Part shown: positions 33,301-44,884 of the stretch, piece after piece
How positions within the stretch are numbered: the stretch's first letter is position 1
How the letters are laid out: each line of letters starts with the position of its first letter
Origin: Macrostomum lignano
Taxonomy: Eukaryota
NCBI GenBank assembly: GCA_002269645.1
Contig: NIVC01003302.1
Coordinates: 1,632 to 65,631, forward strand
Direction: 5' to 3'
Length of the DNA stretch: 64,000 nucleotides
Translations under genes and position numbers: made by a program
Notes under the pieces: generated by a model
The model's input: the letters and a program-made list of their open reading frames with translations, nothing else
The model's database searches: none
What the model was told of the DNA's origin: nothing

Positions 33301-36300
33301 AACGCCATCCAGGACGAGCTGCAAGGATTCAAGGTGGGAGAGCCTTAGTGGGCGCTGCTTGGTTGTTCCAGAATCCCAGATCCCAACTCAGTAATCGCAG
33401 AATCTCAGATCCCAACTCAGTTTTCCCAGAATCCCAGATCCCAACTCAGTTATCCAGAATCCCAGATCCCAAACTCAGTTATCCCAGAATCCCAGATCCC
33501 AACTCAGTTATCCCAGAATCCCAGATCCCAACTCAGTTATCCCAGAATCCCAGATCCCAACTCAGTTTTCCCAGAATCCCAGATCCCAACTCAGTTATCC
33601 CAGAATCCCAGATCCCAAACTCAGTTATCCCAGAATCCCAGATCCCAACTCAGTTTTCCCAGAATCCCTGATCCCAAACTCAGTTATCCCAGAATCCCAG
33701 ATCCCAACTCAGTTATCCCAGAATCCCAGATCCCAACTCAGTTATCCCAGAATCCCAGATCCCAAACTCAGTTATCCCAGAATCCCAGATCCCAACTCAG
33801 TTTTCCTAGAATCCCAGATCCCAAACTCAGTTATCCCAGAATCCCAGATCCCAACTCAGTTTTCCTAGAATCCCAGATCCCAAACTCAGTTATCCCAGAA
33901 TCCCAGATCCCAACTCAGTTTTCCCAGAATCCCAGATCCCAACTCATTTATCCCAGAATCCCAGAGAACAGAGCTGATGCAGCAACCCCCATCCCCGCCA
34001 CCTGCGCAGAGCAACATCGAAGAGATGGAGCGGGTGAACCAGAGCATCCAGGAGGCCTTCATCTTCGACAACCCGCACTCGCCCTACACCATGGAGACCA
34101 TCCGTGTTGGCTGGGAGCAGCTGCACACCTCCATTGCCAAGGCGCTTAACGAAGTGGCCAATCAGATTCTCACGAGGTGAGTCATGCACCTGGGTCAAGT
34201 CGTCGGCATACTCAACGATTCCTTATAGACGATCATTGTGAGCTCCTGTATGAGCGAGTCCATGTGTGATGTCCAGAAGTGAGATTCGAATGGCTACTCG
34301 AGCTACCCGTAGACCCGCGCTCGAAGTCCTGTTTGCTGTCAGAGAGCAACTGTTTTTTCATTCGCTTCAAGATATTCGCTTTACATTCTTTTCTTACTAC
34401 TCTTCAGTAGGCGGCAGTCAGATTTATCTATAAAAATCTAATTTCACCTATTCAGTTCTCAAAGCCTTTCAAAGTGTCAAGCGCTTGATTCAGTGTTTAA
34501 CAGATCTGCCACAAGACAAGAGTGTGCAAGTTTTTTACACTTGCAGCTGTTTCCTTTGTAGCCAGCGTAGCACAAATGGGGTTTTACCAGAGACAAATAT
34601 CAGGTACCAGTCGCGAATAGTTGAGGCTGGTGATTAGCGCGGCCTCATCGAGTTGGGGCTCCTTGCTCAAAACATTGCCTGGGGCTTGTTGTGCGACTCT
34701 CGCCCTTGATGGCCAGCCCCCAAGGCACAGAGAGTGTACATGCCGCCCTTGATGGCCAGCCCCCAAGGCACAGACAGTGTACATGCCGCCCTTGATGGCC
34801 AGCCCCAAGGCACAGAGAGTGTACATGCCGCCCTTGATGGCCAGCCCCCAAGGCACAGAGAGTGTACATGCCGCCCTTGATGGCCAGCCCCCAAGGCACA
34901 GAGAGTGTACATGCCGCCCTTGATGGCCAGCCCCCAAGGCACAGACAGTGTACATGCCGCCCTTGATGGCCAGCCCCCAAGGCACAGAGAGTGTACAAGC
35001 TTGGCAATAAGATATTCAGGGTCGCTGTACATCCTGTGTGAGCGCGTGCGTTTGCGTGCTTAGGGATCGGCGAAAAGGGCATGGCTTCCTCGCTGGTTGC
35101 AGCCTCCTCCAGTCAGACGAGTACAGCCTAGATGTGAGATGAGATAAGATAAGGAGATGAGATGGGATGGGAAAACTTTCAAATCAAGGTGACCGACTTT
35201 GCAGCGAGATCAGGCCTTGAAATAAATTTGCACAACTTTAACGCAAGCGGTTTCCCCACCGTCGCAGGGACTCCAAGGGCATCACCAACGATGAGATGAC
35301 GGAGTTCCGCAAGTGCTTCAACCACTTCGACAAGAGCAAAACCCGCCGCCTCGACCCCATCGAGTTCAAGGCCTGCCTGGTGTCCCTCGGCTACAACATC
35401 CGCAACGACCGGCAGGGCGAGCAGGACTTCGCGCGCATCATGGCGCTGGTGGACCCAACCGCACCGGCCAGGTCGGCTTCGACGCCTTCGTGGACTTCAT
35501 GACCAGCGAGAAGACGGACCAGAACACTGCGGACCAGATCATACAGTCCTTCCGCATCCTGGCTGGCGACCTGGTGAGCATTCTTCACCTCAGCTGACTT
35601 GCCCCCGACCCAGCTGACCTGACGCTTGACTCAGCTGACCTGACACTTGACCCAGCTGACCTGACACTTGACCCAGCTGACCTGACACTTGACCCAGCTG
35701 ACCTGATACTTGACCCAGCTGACCTGACGCTTGACTCAGCTGACCTGACACTTGACCCAGCTGACCTGACACTTGACCCAGCTGACCTGCCACTTGACCT
35801 AGCTGACCTGACACTTGACCCAGCTGACCTGACACTTGACACAGCTGACCTGATACTTGACCCAGCTGACCTGACGCTTGACTCAGCTGACCTGACACTT
35901 GACCCAGCTGACCTGACACTTGACCCAGCTGACCTGCCACTTGACCTAGCTGACCTGACACTTGACCCAGCTGACCTGACACTTGACCTAGCTGCCCTGA
36001 CACTTGACCCAACTTACCTGACACTTGACCCAGCTGATCTGACACTTGACCCAGCTGACCTGACACTTGACCTAGCTGACATAACCCAGCTGACCTGACA
36101 AACGACCCAGCTGACCTCATACCTGACCCATTGCATTGCCCCAGCTGACTTGATACCTGAGCCCTGACCTAAGCAGATCTGATCCCAGCTCATTCGATAC
36201 CGACCTCAATTGGCTTGACCCCAAATGACCTCCAGCGGTTTTGAAGCTGACCCAGCTGACCCAAAACTAGCTGCAGTGAATTCTTTAAGACTGATCCTGC

Positions 36301-36477
36301 TCTCAATCCCCCCAACTAGCCATACGTGACCTCGGAGGTGCTTCGCGCGAGCTGCCGCCGGATCAGGCGGAGTACTGCATCCAGCGCATGTCGCCCTACG
36401 GCGGGCCGGACGCTCCGCCGGGCGCGCTGGACTACACGACCTTCTCAGCCACGCTGTACGGCGAGACCGACCTGTGA
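24301..36477 (+). CDS. ACTN: Alpha-actinin (2 CH domains, 4 spectrin repeats, EF hands, C-terminal ETDL), ~908 aa
   Basis: Exons 24301-24447, 25462-25696, 26620-26706, 26775-26862, [26983-27061 or 28386-28464], 28644-28725, 29074-29569, 30341-30646, 30983-31301, 33081-33333, 34010-34176, 35268-35573, 36320-36477. Diagnostic motifs: [79 protein letters not shown]. Four missing single Cs (~33125, ~33155, ~35455, ~36345). Confidence 0.96.
25730..26550. repeat. Intronic minisatellite (TGGCGCCTCTGGGTGAGTGTC / TCTAGATACGAG variants)
   Basis: Direct inspection; the unit resembles the adjacent exon 2 donor junction. Confidence 0.9.
26983..27061 (+). CDS. ACTN: Alpha-actinin CH2 exon, variant A (S|[26 protein letters not shown])
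   Basis: 79 nt with a CGCAG acceptor and GTCAGT donor; phase 2 to 0. Confidence 0.85.
27220..28270. repeat. ~22-bp minisatellite (GATTACAGTGTCTGTAGATAGG) with a higher-order block present three times
   Basis: Lies between the two duplicated exons; the variant block GATAAGGATTAATTAAAGTGCC recurs at ~27310, ~27555 and ~28150. Confidence 0.95.
28386..28464 (+). CDS. ACTN: Alpha-actinin CH2 exon, variant B (S|[26 protein letters not shown])
   Basis: 79 nt with a TTGCAG acceptor and GTGAGT donor; same phases as variant A. Confidence 0.85.
28805..29065. repeat. 19-bp minisatellite (TACACTGGCATCACACCTG)
   Basis: Direct inspection. Confidence 0.95.
29563..30290 (+). repeat. ~29-bp minisatellite containing copies of the exon 7 donor junction (TTGCACAG|GTGAGATTGGGG)
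   Basis: The first unit is the real splice junction at 29569/29570; about 24 copies. Confidence 0.95.
30665..30950. repeat. 18-bp minisatellite (GGAGGTCAGGAGGGCAGC)
   Basis: Direct inspection. Confidence 0.95.
31320..31470. repeat. GGGTCATGC-based minisatellite
   Basis: Direct inspection. Confidence 0.85.
32780..33020. repeat. CCAGTCCCAAAACTAATCGAT-type minisatellite
   Basis: Direct inspection. Confidence 0.9.
33370..33965. repeat. ~29-bp minisatellite (AGAATCCCAGATCCCAACTCAGTTATCCC)
   Basis: Direct inspection. Confidence 0.95.
34700..34995. repeat. ~43-bp minisatellite (CCCTTGATGGCCAGCCCCCAAGGCACAGAGAGTGTACATGCCG)
   Basis: About 6-7 copies. Confidence 0.9.
35600..36080. repeat. ~21-bp minisatellite (GACCCAGCTGACCTGACACTT)
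   Basis: Direct inspection. Confidence 0.95.
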
Positions 36478-39400
36478 GGGCCTCCAGCTGGACCGCCGCG
36501 CTGCTGCTTACTTTGAGTTCGGGCCGCTGCTGCCCTCCTTTCCGCCACTTCTGTCCGCCTCCGCCTCTGCCCCCCCCTTCGTCATTCGTTTCATTTTCCG
36601 CTAATTTTTCTTTCAGTTTTTCTATCCCAGCGGTTGGTTGCTGTGCGAGTTTCTTTTATTTGCTAAAAAACTTGAGGAACATTTTGTTTTACTGAGCCGA
36701 GCCTTTTCGAATCGGCCCTCGAATACACGGAACTGTCTGCGCGGGCCGCAACCTTTTTCTCACTACTCTCAGTCCCAATGCCCGATTGCCCCATTGTTCC
36801 CGCACTGTTTTATCTGCTTGTATTTTTATTGATTTTTCATTGACTCCGCCGGCCCCCGCCTTCTGGCCGCTCAGCTGGAATCGAATTTCGACCAACTCGC
36901 AACGATGGGCTCACGTCCTGCTGCAGTATCAGTTTTAACCTGCTGTGTATTTTATTTCACATCCTCGTGATAATTCTACTCACAGCATCGCACCTCTACT
37001 ACTGCTATTACTGAGTAGTATTCGTCTGCTTTTTTGTTCGTTTTATTGCACAAATCAAAATTATTTCGAATTTTAACAATTTGGGCCCTTGGCAGTTCCC
37101 GAGAGCGGATTTTCTGTTGATGTCTTGATCAAAATTTAAACGGGGACACTCGGGCTCTCTAGTCATCGAAGCACCTCTTGCAACACTGCGATTTTTCATC
37201 AAATCATTTCTGTTTTTTATATTTAACTAGAAGCAAACCTGCAACAGGGACCAGAAAATTGTTTTCATCGTGGCTTTTGCTTTCTTGGAAATTTATCGTT
37301 AAGTCGGCCTTTATTGACTGTTCGTTCTCGGAATTCTCTTAACACTAAAGTATTTCATTTAATCGTACTGCAAGTAGTATGAGGTGAACAAAAATAATAT
37401 TAAGAACCAATCAATATTCTTCTTTAAGTTTCGCATTTTACCAAAAATATGAAATGTGCCTCATACTACTGCCGGCGCGCGATGTCAGTAGATTAGCACT
37501 AAACTGCTGCTATTTGTTCTGGTTATACTACTGCTGGCTAAGTAGTTAGGCTTGTTGCCTGTTGTATAGAGCAGTATTGAGACCCGAGTTGCTGAGTTGC
37601 TGAGTAGCCCCCCACCCTGCACCTTGTTTGGCTTTATTGCTGCTCCAAATTAATTGCGATGAGTTTTATTAATGTTTTTCGTTTTTTTACCGGGTTGACC
37701 TGCCCGCCTCCCGCCATTTTTCTTCCTCTGTTATTCATTTTTGCTTGCAATCTTTTTTTGAACTGAATCTGCCCAATCCGGTTTAGCGGTGTCCTTGTTT
37801 GTGCTTACCGATCCCGCTGCCTCCCTGCTTTTTGCTTATAGCCCTAAATTTTCTGTTTTGCCGGCGTCTTACTTGCCGCATCTTGGGACAACTGGGGATC
37901 CAACTCCATTCATTAGCCGTAATTAGTCCCACCTTTCCTGTAGATCCCACTCATATTTATCAGCTATCAACTAGCTGCTTTGTTATGCTGATTTTCTTTC
38001 GAAGCCACCGCGTGTTGCTCCTTTTCTTCTTCCCGTTAGAATTGCTGCTTGATTTGTATTTTTCTATCCGCCCCTGTCCGGTTAGCAAAGTTCTCGCCCT
38101 CAGCCAGCACAACACGGCTCTGCGAGTGCACCTGCAGTATTTTCTATTTAAAAATTGTTCCTTTCTTCTTTTTAATCTAACAGCGACCAACCAATCGTCT
38201 AACACTCGCTTTTTATTGACTAATAAATCAATAAAAAAATATTGAAAACCGTGAAAATGTTTACATTCGCCTTTTCTTCCGTTAAAAAAACTTGGAAGCC
38301 TAAAATGTAAAGCCCTATCAAATGACGCCTTATTGCTAAGGAAATCAGCATACATCCGTCCCGAGACCCGATAAAGCTTACAGTTGGTTAAAATGTGACG
38401 CGCTAGAGTGCAAGCTGAAAATCTGCCTACTATATATACAACATGTACATGTATACTAGTGTATATTTTTATATTATTATTACATGCATTAATCCACCGT
38501 CGCAGTAGAAGGAAAAGAAATAGACTCATAAAATGGCACCACAGCCACGAATGTATAATTACCATATACAGGGTGAATTCACATTAAAAATTTTGCTTAG
38601 TCACGGCTAGCTCAACGGCTAATTCATTTTCGGGTCTTCCGTACCGGGCCTTAGTCCTTATATACGAGATAGAACTTGGCGACTTAAATTTAATTGCTTT
38701 GAATATTGCTTTTAATCAATTAATTCATTTAAGTGTATTTCCAGCTAAAGGAAAAAGCCAGCGTTATCTAATCTAATTGTGCTATTTTAAGAATTTTTGT
38801 AATTCCCGAAGTTTCAATATTTTCATTAGGTCATGTGACTTTGGCCTATTTTACCGTTTATAACAAGCGGATACGATAAATATTAAATAATGGAGACAAG
38901 ACCAGTTATAGTTATGTAAGATTACATAAAAATATCTTATAATTTTTCAATGAAAAAATACATTAAAGTCAATGAAGGTGCAGGTGGTAAATCTATAAAT
39001 AAACATGGCCTTGAGAACATCCCGATGTTGCGAAGTAACGAAGGCTACGGAGTTTTCCTACTGAACTGGTTTTAACTAGACATTTGTGATTTGACCATTA
39101 CTAATATAGGGCTCCGAAGTTGAGCGTTAGCAACATTATCCCAATCAATATGCTTAATAAAACCCAAAACAAAATGTCCCTAATTACAAATCTACAAATA
39201 TAACAATAAGTCTATCAAGATAATTGAGTTAGGCCTAGTAAGACGAAAGTAAATAAAAAATATTTGGTCACAACCTATGCTGTATGATGCACTAGTACAT
39301 TGCACTTGTAGCTAGGCCTAGCCTGTTCCTGCTTAGACTTGCTTATTTGAATGTTACATTGATGCAACTATTCATGTTAGATTACATTAGGCTATTAAGC

Positions 39401-40884
39401 CTATCATTACCACTACCAGGAATGATGTTTTTTAGGTTTAACTCTAAGTCATAGTGGGCCTTTTGTTATGGTATGACTGATTGAGTTATTGTCTTGTTTA
39501 TTTTACTTATTATTTATTAAAAATTAAAATGGTAGGCTTGGCCCTAGTAAGAATGCCAGACTCAATTGAAAAGTTGGGATTTGATTCTTAACCCATTTAT
39601 AACAAGTTGTAGAGTAGGCCCTTATCCTTGAATAACATTTTAACTCTTTTATTGTTTTATTTCACCTAGCTATAAAAAGGACTGAGTTTAGCTAAGAATA
39701 TAGAAAATATATAGAAAACCCCCAATGCCTTACTCCTTAGTCTTAGACTAAATAACCATAATTTTCAAATAGTAGGCTAATAGCCTATACTATATAATAT
39801 GTTTGATTTATAACCTTAATAATTAATATCTTTTGTCACTTGTCAAAGAACATTTATTGAATTGAAAGTATTGACTAAAGATACCTTGGATACCTTTATA
39901 GAAATCACAAATGAAATGCATTAGAAAAAAAAACTAGGAATACATAATGCAAGTAGGCCTACCTAAAATAACCAGGCCTAATAAAAAAAAATGTCACATT
40001 GAAATCCTATATACTAAAAATGAGTTGTCTGTATATCTATATACTAATTTTGTGCTATTTGTCTGCTGTCTATATATAGGCCTATGTCTATTATTGATTT
40101 TTTCAAGAATTGTAGGCCTATGGCCATTTTTGAATTAACTTTAAATTCTTAATTTTAAAAAAATTATTCATAACTTTTTTTGATAAAAAATTAAATGGGA
40201 AATAGGTCAAATATTTGAAAAACATTTTTTATTGACTCTTTGTATAGGGGCTCACAATTTGTAAGGTTGGTTGAATTTTATTGTTATTTACCAACTAGTC
40301 TAATAGTACATTAGTTGTAGCTAGGCCTAAGCTATTGTTGTTTTGTTTGTATATCTAGCTATTAAGGCTATTGTGCATTAATTGATTTCTTAAAAACCAT
40401 TAAAAATATAAATTATATATTAGAATTAAAAACTATTATGATTGCAATTTTATTTAAACTAGAAATATTATTTTAACTTTTAATTTGAAGACTTATAAGT
40501 TGATCTAAAAATTTGAAAAGATGAGCTAAGATAACAAAATTATAAATATAATAGATCAAAATTTTAAAACAGATAAATTATATAACAATAATTTTTGGCT
40601 TTAGCTAAGATTGCCATGGTTTGTGGTCTATTTGTCTCTTAGATCTATATAAAAATGAGTCCAAAAGGGTTATATAGTTACTTTAGCAAAAATAGTTTGT
40701 TAATTTATTAGTTAATTGTTGAACCACTTAATCCACACTATTTATTAGTTTTTAAATTGTTATTTAAGGCAAAAATGAAATTTAAAAAATTAAAAATATG
40801 CAAATTTATATTCTTATAAATGATTATATTTTTTAACTAAGAGAGACCATCCAACTTCTATTGCCTTTTAAATTTATAAATCTA

Positions 40885-41144
40885 TACTCAATAACATTGA
40901 AAAGTTGCCATCTGTGGTCGCCACTTTTGAGAGAGCAAATAGAATCTCTCAATCTTTGCAAGTGACATAACTTTGCGACACTTTAGCAGACTTGAGTTGA
41001 GGAATTTAGTAGAAAGAGCAGTATACAAGGGCTAGATATATTTAAGCTATCCTGATCACTTTTATCATATCTTTTATTTCAGAATAGTCCAAGAAAAATT
41101 GCTCACTAGCATATAGAATGGCAACTTTTCAATGTTGCTAAGTA
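40885..41144. mobile_element. TA-flanked MITE-like element (possibly Tc1/mariner)
   Basis: Imperfect inverted termini TACT(CAAT/TAGC)AACATTGAAAAGTTGCCAT, with TA on both sides. Confidence 0.55.
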
Positions 41145-41676
41145 TAATTTCCTATTCTTTAAATTGTATAAAGTATAAAGGAATATTATTGCCTTGGCCC
41201 ATAGTATATTACTAAAGAAAAAGGAAAGAAAACCTATTTCCTTCTATAGCATCTATAGTATGGTAGAGTTTAGTTCAATCAGCATATAGTTTTATTTTTC
41301 AATTATATATTTATTTGTTTTTTTAACTTTGACTAATTTCAATTAACAATTCTGATAACCCTAAAAAATTGAATTATCAAAAAGAGATAAGTTATGCTAA
41401 GATAATAAAAATCTAGGTATAAAGAAGTCACTTTCAATTCTTAATTTTTTTATTTTACAAAAAATATGCTTTATTAAACTTTTACTTGCTATTTTAGCAA
41501 TCTTTATAAATAGCTATACCTTTATCTAATCTCTATATACTAATTTTGCGCTGTATTCGTGCGTGCATGTGTGTGTGCGTGCGTGTAATTGATTTTTTCG
41601 AGAATGGCTCAACCGATTCTCTTCAAACTTGCACCATTTGATCAGAAATTTTCCTGGGATGGTGCATGCTTCTTGG

Positions 41677-41954
41677 CCTGATTGCAGCGCATGGGCATTT
41701 TGGCGGACGGCGTCCGGCGCGGATCTAATATGGCGCGGCGTGGCGCATACGGCGCGCGGCGATTAGTACAGCGCAACGCAGTACTAATTAGATGCCGAGG
41801 CATTTAGGCTTGATAAGACAGTCATAGTTACTCCCGCCGTTTACCCAAAACTGCGTTAATTTTGGTTTAGGGTTTCTTTCACAGGTAAGTCATTTCACAG
41901 CGTGGCGCAGGTTGTGTAGGCGTCTGGCGTACTTAAGCCATGCGCTGCAATAGG
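41677..41954. mobile_element. 278-bp MITE with 9-bp TSD (Mutator-like) nested in Helitron copy A
   Basis: TIR CCT(G)ATTGCAGCGCATGG, with TSD GCTTCTTGG at 41668-41676 and 41955-41963. The insertion is absent from the homologous position of Helitron copy B (~61010). Confidence 0.8.
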
Positions 41955-42305
41955 GCTTCTTGGCTAAGAAATTGATCAATATTAAAGGGATTAAATATTT
42001 GAAAAACATGATTTTCTGCAAAGGTCAAGCAGCTCTTTTGACCTGAAATGCATTATAAGAATGCTAGAGAAAAACCTGACTGACTGAATTTCAATTCTGA
42101 TAAAGATTGCATCACAGCAAGTTGAAAACAGTGCCAAAGAAATGCACACACGACTTGATTTAAATTGCGTAACCATATTGCTAACTTAAATTGAGACTGA
42201 TACTGGCTGACTGAGAAATTGATTATGTCATAACTTTTTACTCTAACCGATTTGCTATAAGAATTGAATTATAAGGGCCACAATTCATGTTCTCCAATCG
42301 ACAAG

Positions 42306-42385
42306 AGATAGCCTAGATGCAAATAGACTAGACTGCTAATTCAGCAACCTGGGTTCGAATCTTAGTAGTGCAAAATAATTTTTTT
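42306..42385 (+). ncRNA. tRNA-derived (SINE-head-like) cassette inside the Helitron; not a functional tRNA
   Basis: A-box-like TAGCCTAGATG, a CTGCTAA loop resembling tRNA-Ser(GCT), a T-arm CTGGG-TTCGAAT-CTTAG, then an oligo-T run. Homologues lie at ~60603-60670 and ~62811-62878 (minus). Acceptor and anticodon stems are degenerate. Confidence 0.5.
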
Positions 42386-44012
42386 ATTAAAACATCTTAA
42401 AAACAAAATGCTAAACATAAAAGAAGCACAATTTCAAACAAAAGTGGCACCATTTCAAACATTAAAGGCCACCATGTCAAACATATATGTGACTCCATGT
42501 CTAATATTAAAGAGCCACCATGTCAAACATTGAAGAGCCACCATGTCAAACATTAAAGAGCCACCATGTCGAACATTAAAGAGCCACCATATCGAACATT
42601 AAAGAGCCACCATGTCGAACATTAAAGAGCCACCATGTCCAACATTAAAGAGCCACCATGTCGAACAGTAAAGAGCCACTATGTTGAACATTAAAGAGCC
42701 ACCATGTCAAACATTAAAGAGCCCCCATGTTGAACATTAAAGAGCCACTATGTCAAACATCAACGAGTCACCATGTCAAGCGTATATATGACTCCATTTC
42801 AGACATTAAAGTGCCACCATGTCAAACATTAAAGAGCCACCATGTCAAGCGTATAAGTGACTCCATGTCAGACATTTAAGAGCCATCATTGCAAACATTA
42901 AAGTGCCACCAGGTCAAACATTAAAAAGCCACCATGTAAAACATAAAAGAGCCACCATGTCAAACATTAAAGAGCCACCATGTTGAACATAAAAGAGCCA
43001 CCATGTCGAACATTAAAGAGCCATCATTATAGACATTAAAGTGCCACCAGGTCAAACATTAAAAAGCCACCATGTAAAACATAAAAGAGCCACCATGTCG
43101 AACATTAAAGAGCCATCATTACAGACATTAAGGTGCCACCAGGTCAAACATTAAAGAGCCACCATGTCAAACACAAAACAGCTACCATGTCAAACATAAA
43201 TGGGGTGCCTACTATCTTGGAGTGCTTGCTATCTGGAGATGCGTGCTATCTGGGGGTGCTTACTATCTGGGGGTGCTTGCTATCTAAGGGTGCTTGCTAT
43301 CTAAGGGTGCTTGCTATTAGCTGGATGCTTGCTATCTTGGGGTGCTTGCTATTAGGTGGATGCTTGCTATCTGGAGATGCTTGCTATCTGGGGGTGCTTG
43401 ATATCTTGTGATGCTTGCTATCTAAGGGTGCTTGCTATTAGATGGATGCTTGCTATCTGGGGGTGCTTGCTTTCTAAGGGTGCTTGCTATTAGGTGGATG
43501 CTTGCTATCTGGGGTGCGTGCTATCTTGGAGTGCTTGCTATCTGGGGGTGCTTGCTATCTGGGGGTGCTTGCTATCTGGGGATGCTTGCTATCTTGGGGT
43601 GCTTGCTATTAGGTGGATGCTTGCTATCTGGGGTGCCTGCTATCTGGGGGTGCTTGCTATCTGGAGATGCTTGCTATCTGGGGGTGCTTGCTATCTGGGG
43701 GGTTGCTTGCTGTCCTGGGATGATTTCTTTTTGCATTGCCCTTCATTTGAGCAGTTTTTCTATTGTCTATGTGAAGGCTTTAGTGGGCCGTCTTTTTGAT
43801 ACTTGTAGAGAGCCAGAGATTCTATCTAGATGCCCCCATCGGGGGCGAAGATTGCTAGTAGTTTTACTATAAAAAGTCTTTCTATATCTATATTCATAGT
43901 CATTTAAGTTTTTTATAGCCTATCTATTAGGTATATTAATATTCATAGCTAACTAAACTAAAAATGAGTTGTCTATCTGTGAATGATAATGATAATAATG
44001 ATAAAATATATA

Positions 44013-44317
44013 CTTTATTTTATCATTATATCATAGTGAATGATAGAACTATTGCCATTGAATGAAAATTATTAAAAGTTATAAGAAGGTATATGAAATT
44101 AGTTAACTTTTTTGCTAAAATCAATTGCACATGTACATATATATGTGTATCAATATGTCAATATGTCAATGTGATATCAATATCAATATATATGTATGTG
44201 TGCAATTGATTTTAGCAAAAAAGTTAACTAATTTCATATACCTTCTTATAACTTTCAATAATGTTCATTCAATGGCAATAGTTCAATCATTCACTATGAT
44301 GTAATGATAAAATAAAG
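44013..44317. repeat. Long inverted repeat (arms of ~120 bp or more), foldback/MITE-like
   Basis: The left arm ...AAGGTATATGAAATTAGTTAACTTTTTTGCTAAAATCAATTGCACA is matched almost perfectly in reverse complement by 44197-44317. Confidence 0.85.
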
Positions 44318-44884
44318 AGTGACAACAATAGTTTAGCCTCATTAGGTCTCATTTATTATATAAAAATAATGGCTAGGATTGCATTAGTCTTAACTTTAGC
44401 CCCCACTATCCCAACCATACAATGTGCATATAGTCTGAAAAACTGCTTCTTATAATTCCTTGGTCCTGGGGACTTAAGAACTTACTTAGGACCCTTTGCA
44501 TTGTAAGTGAAAATATTATTTCCCTAATTTTCGCCTTATCCCATCTATACAATGTGCACATGGAGTAATTTTTTTGCTTAGTCTCCAACCCTAGAAACTT
44601 AAGAACTCTCTCACAAAAGCTATGACAGTGGCAGCATTCATTCATTTCTCCTATTCTGTCTCCTCCCACCTATTAAATTAAGGGCTCCAATGGTGCATTG
44701 GCTCCAATATTACTAGGAAATATGCATTCCTGTAATAACCATATCTATATACATATATATAGTCCAAAAAATTCTGCATACATAACTTAGTCATAGAAAT
44801 GCTAAACTTGCTCTGGCACTGCCATGGTTGCTAATCTATAATACAGGAATAATCTGACACTGCTGTGAATGCGCACACCTGCAA

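Larger units (their letters stand above)
41530..43858 (+). mobile_element. Non-autonomous Helitron-like element, copy A, with internal 23-bp and ~18-bp satellite arrays
   Basis: 5' end A|TCTCTATATACTAAT followed by a (GTGC)-like microsatellite. 3' hairpin GCCCCCATCGGGGGC lies just before CTAG|T. The internal unique sequence is shared with the copies at 57-63 kb. Confidence 0.8.

Noticed and set aside
37799-38565. ORFs of 148 and 201 aa downstream of actinin
   Set aside because: They are AT-rich and overlap in antisense, with no recognisable motif. They most likely fall in 3' UTR or intergenic sequence.
42306-42372. Functional tRNA-Ser gene
   Set aside because: Only the T-arm pairs well. The acceptor and anticodon stems are broken and the long variable arm is absent, so it is reported as a derived cassette instead.
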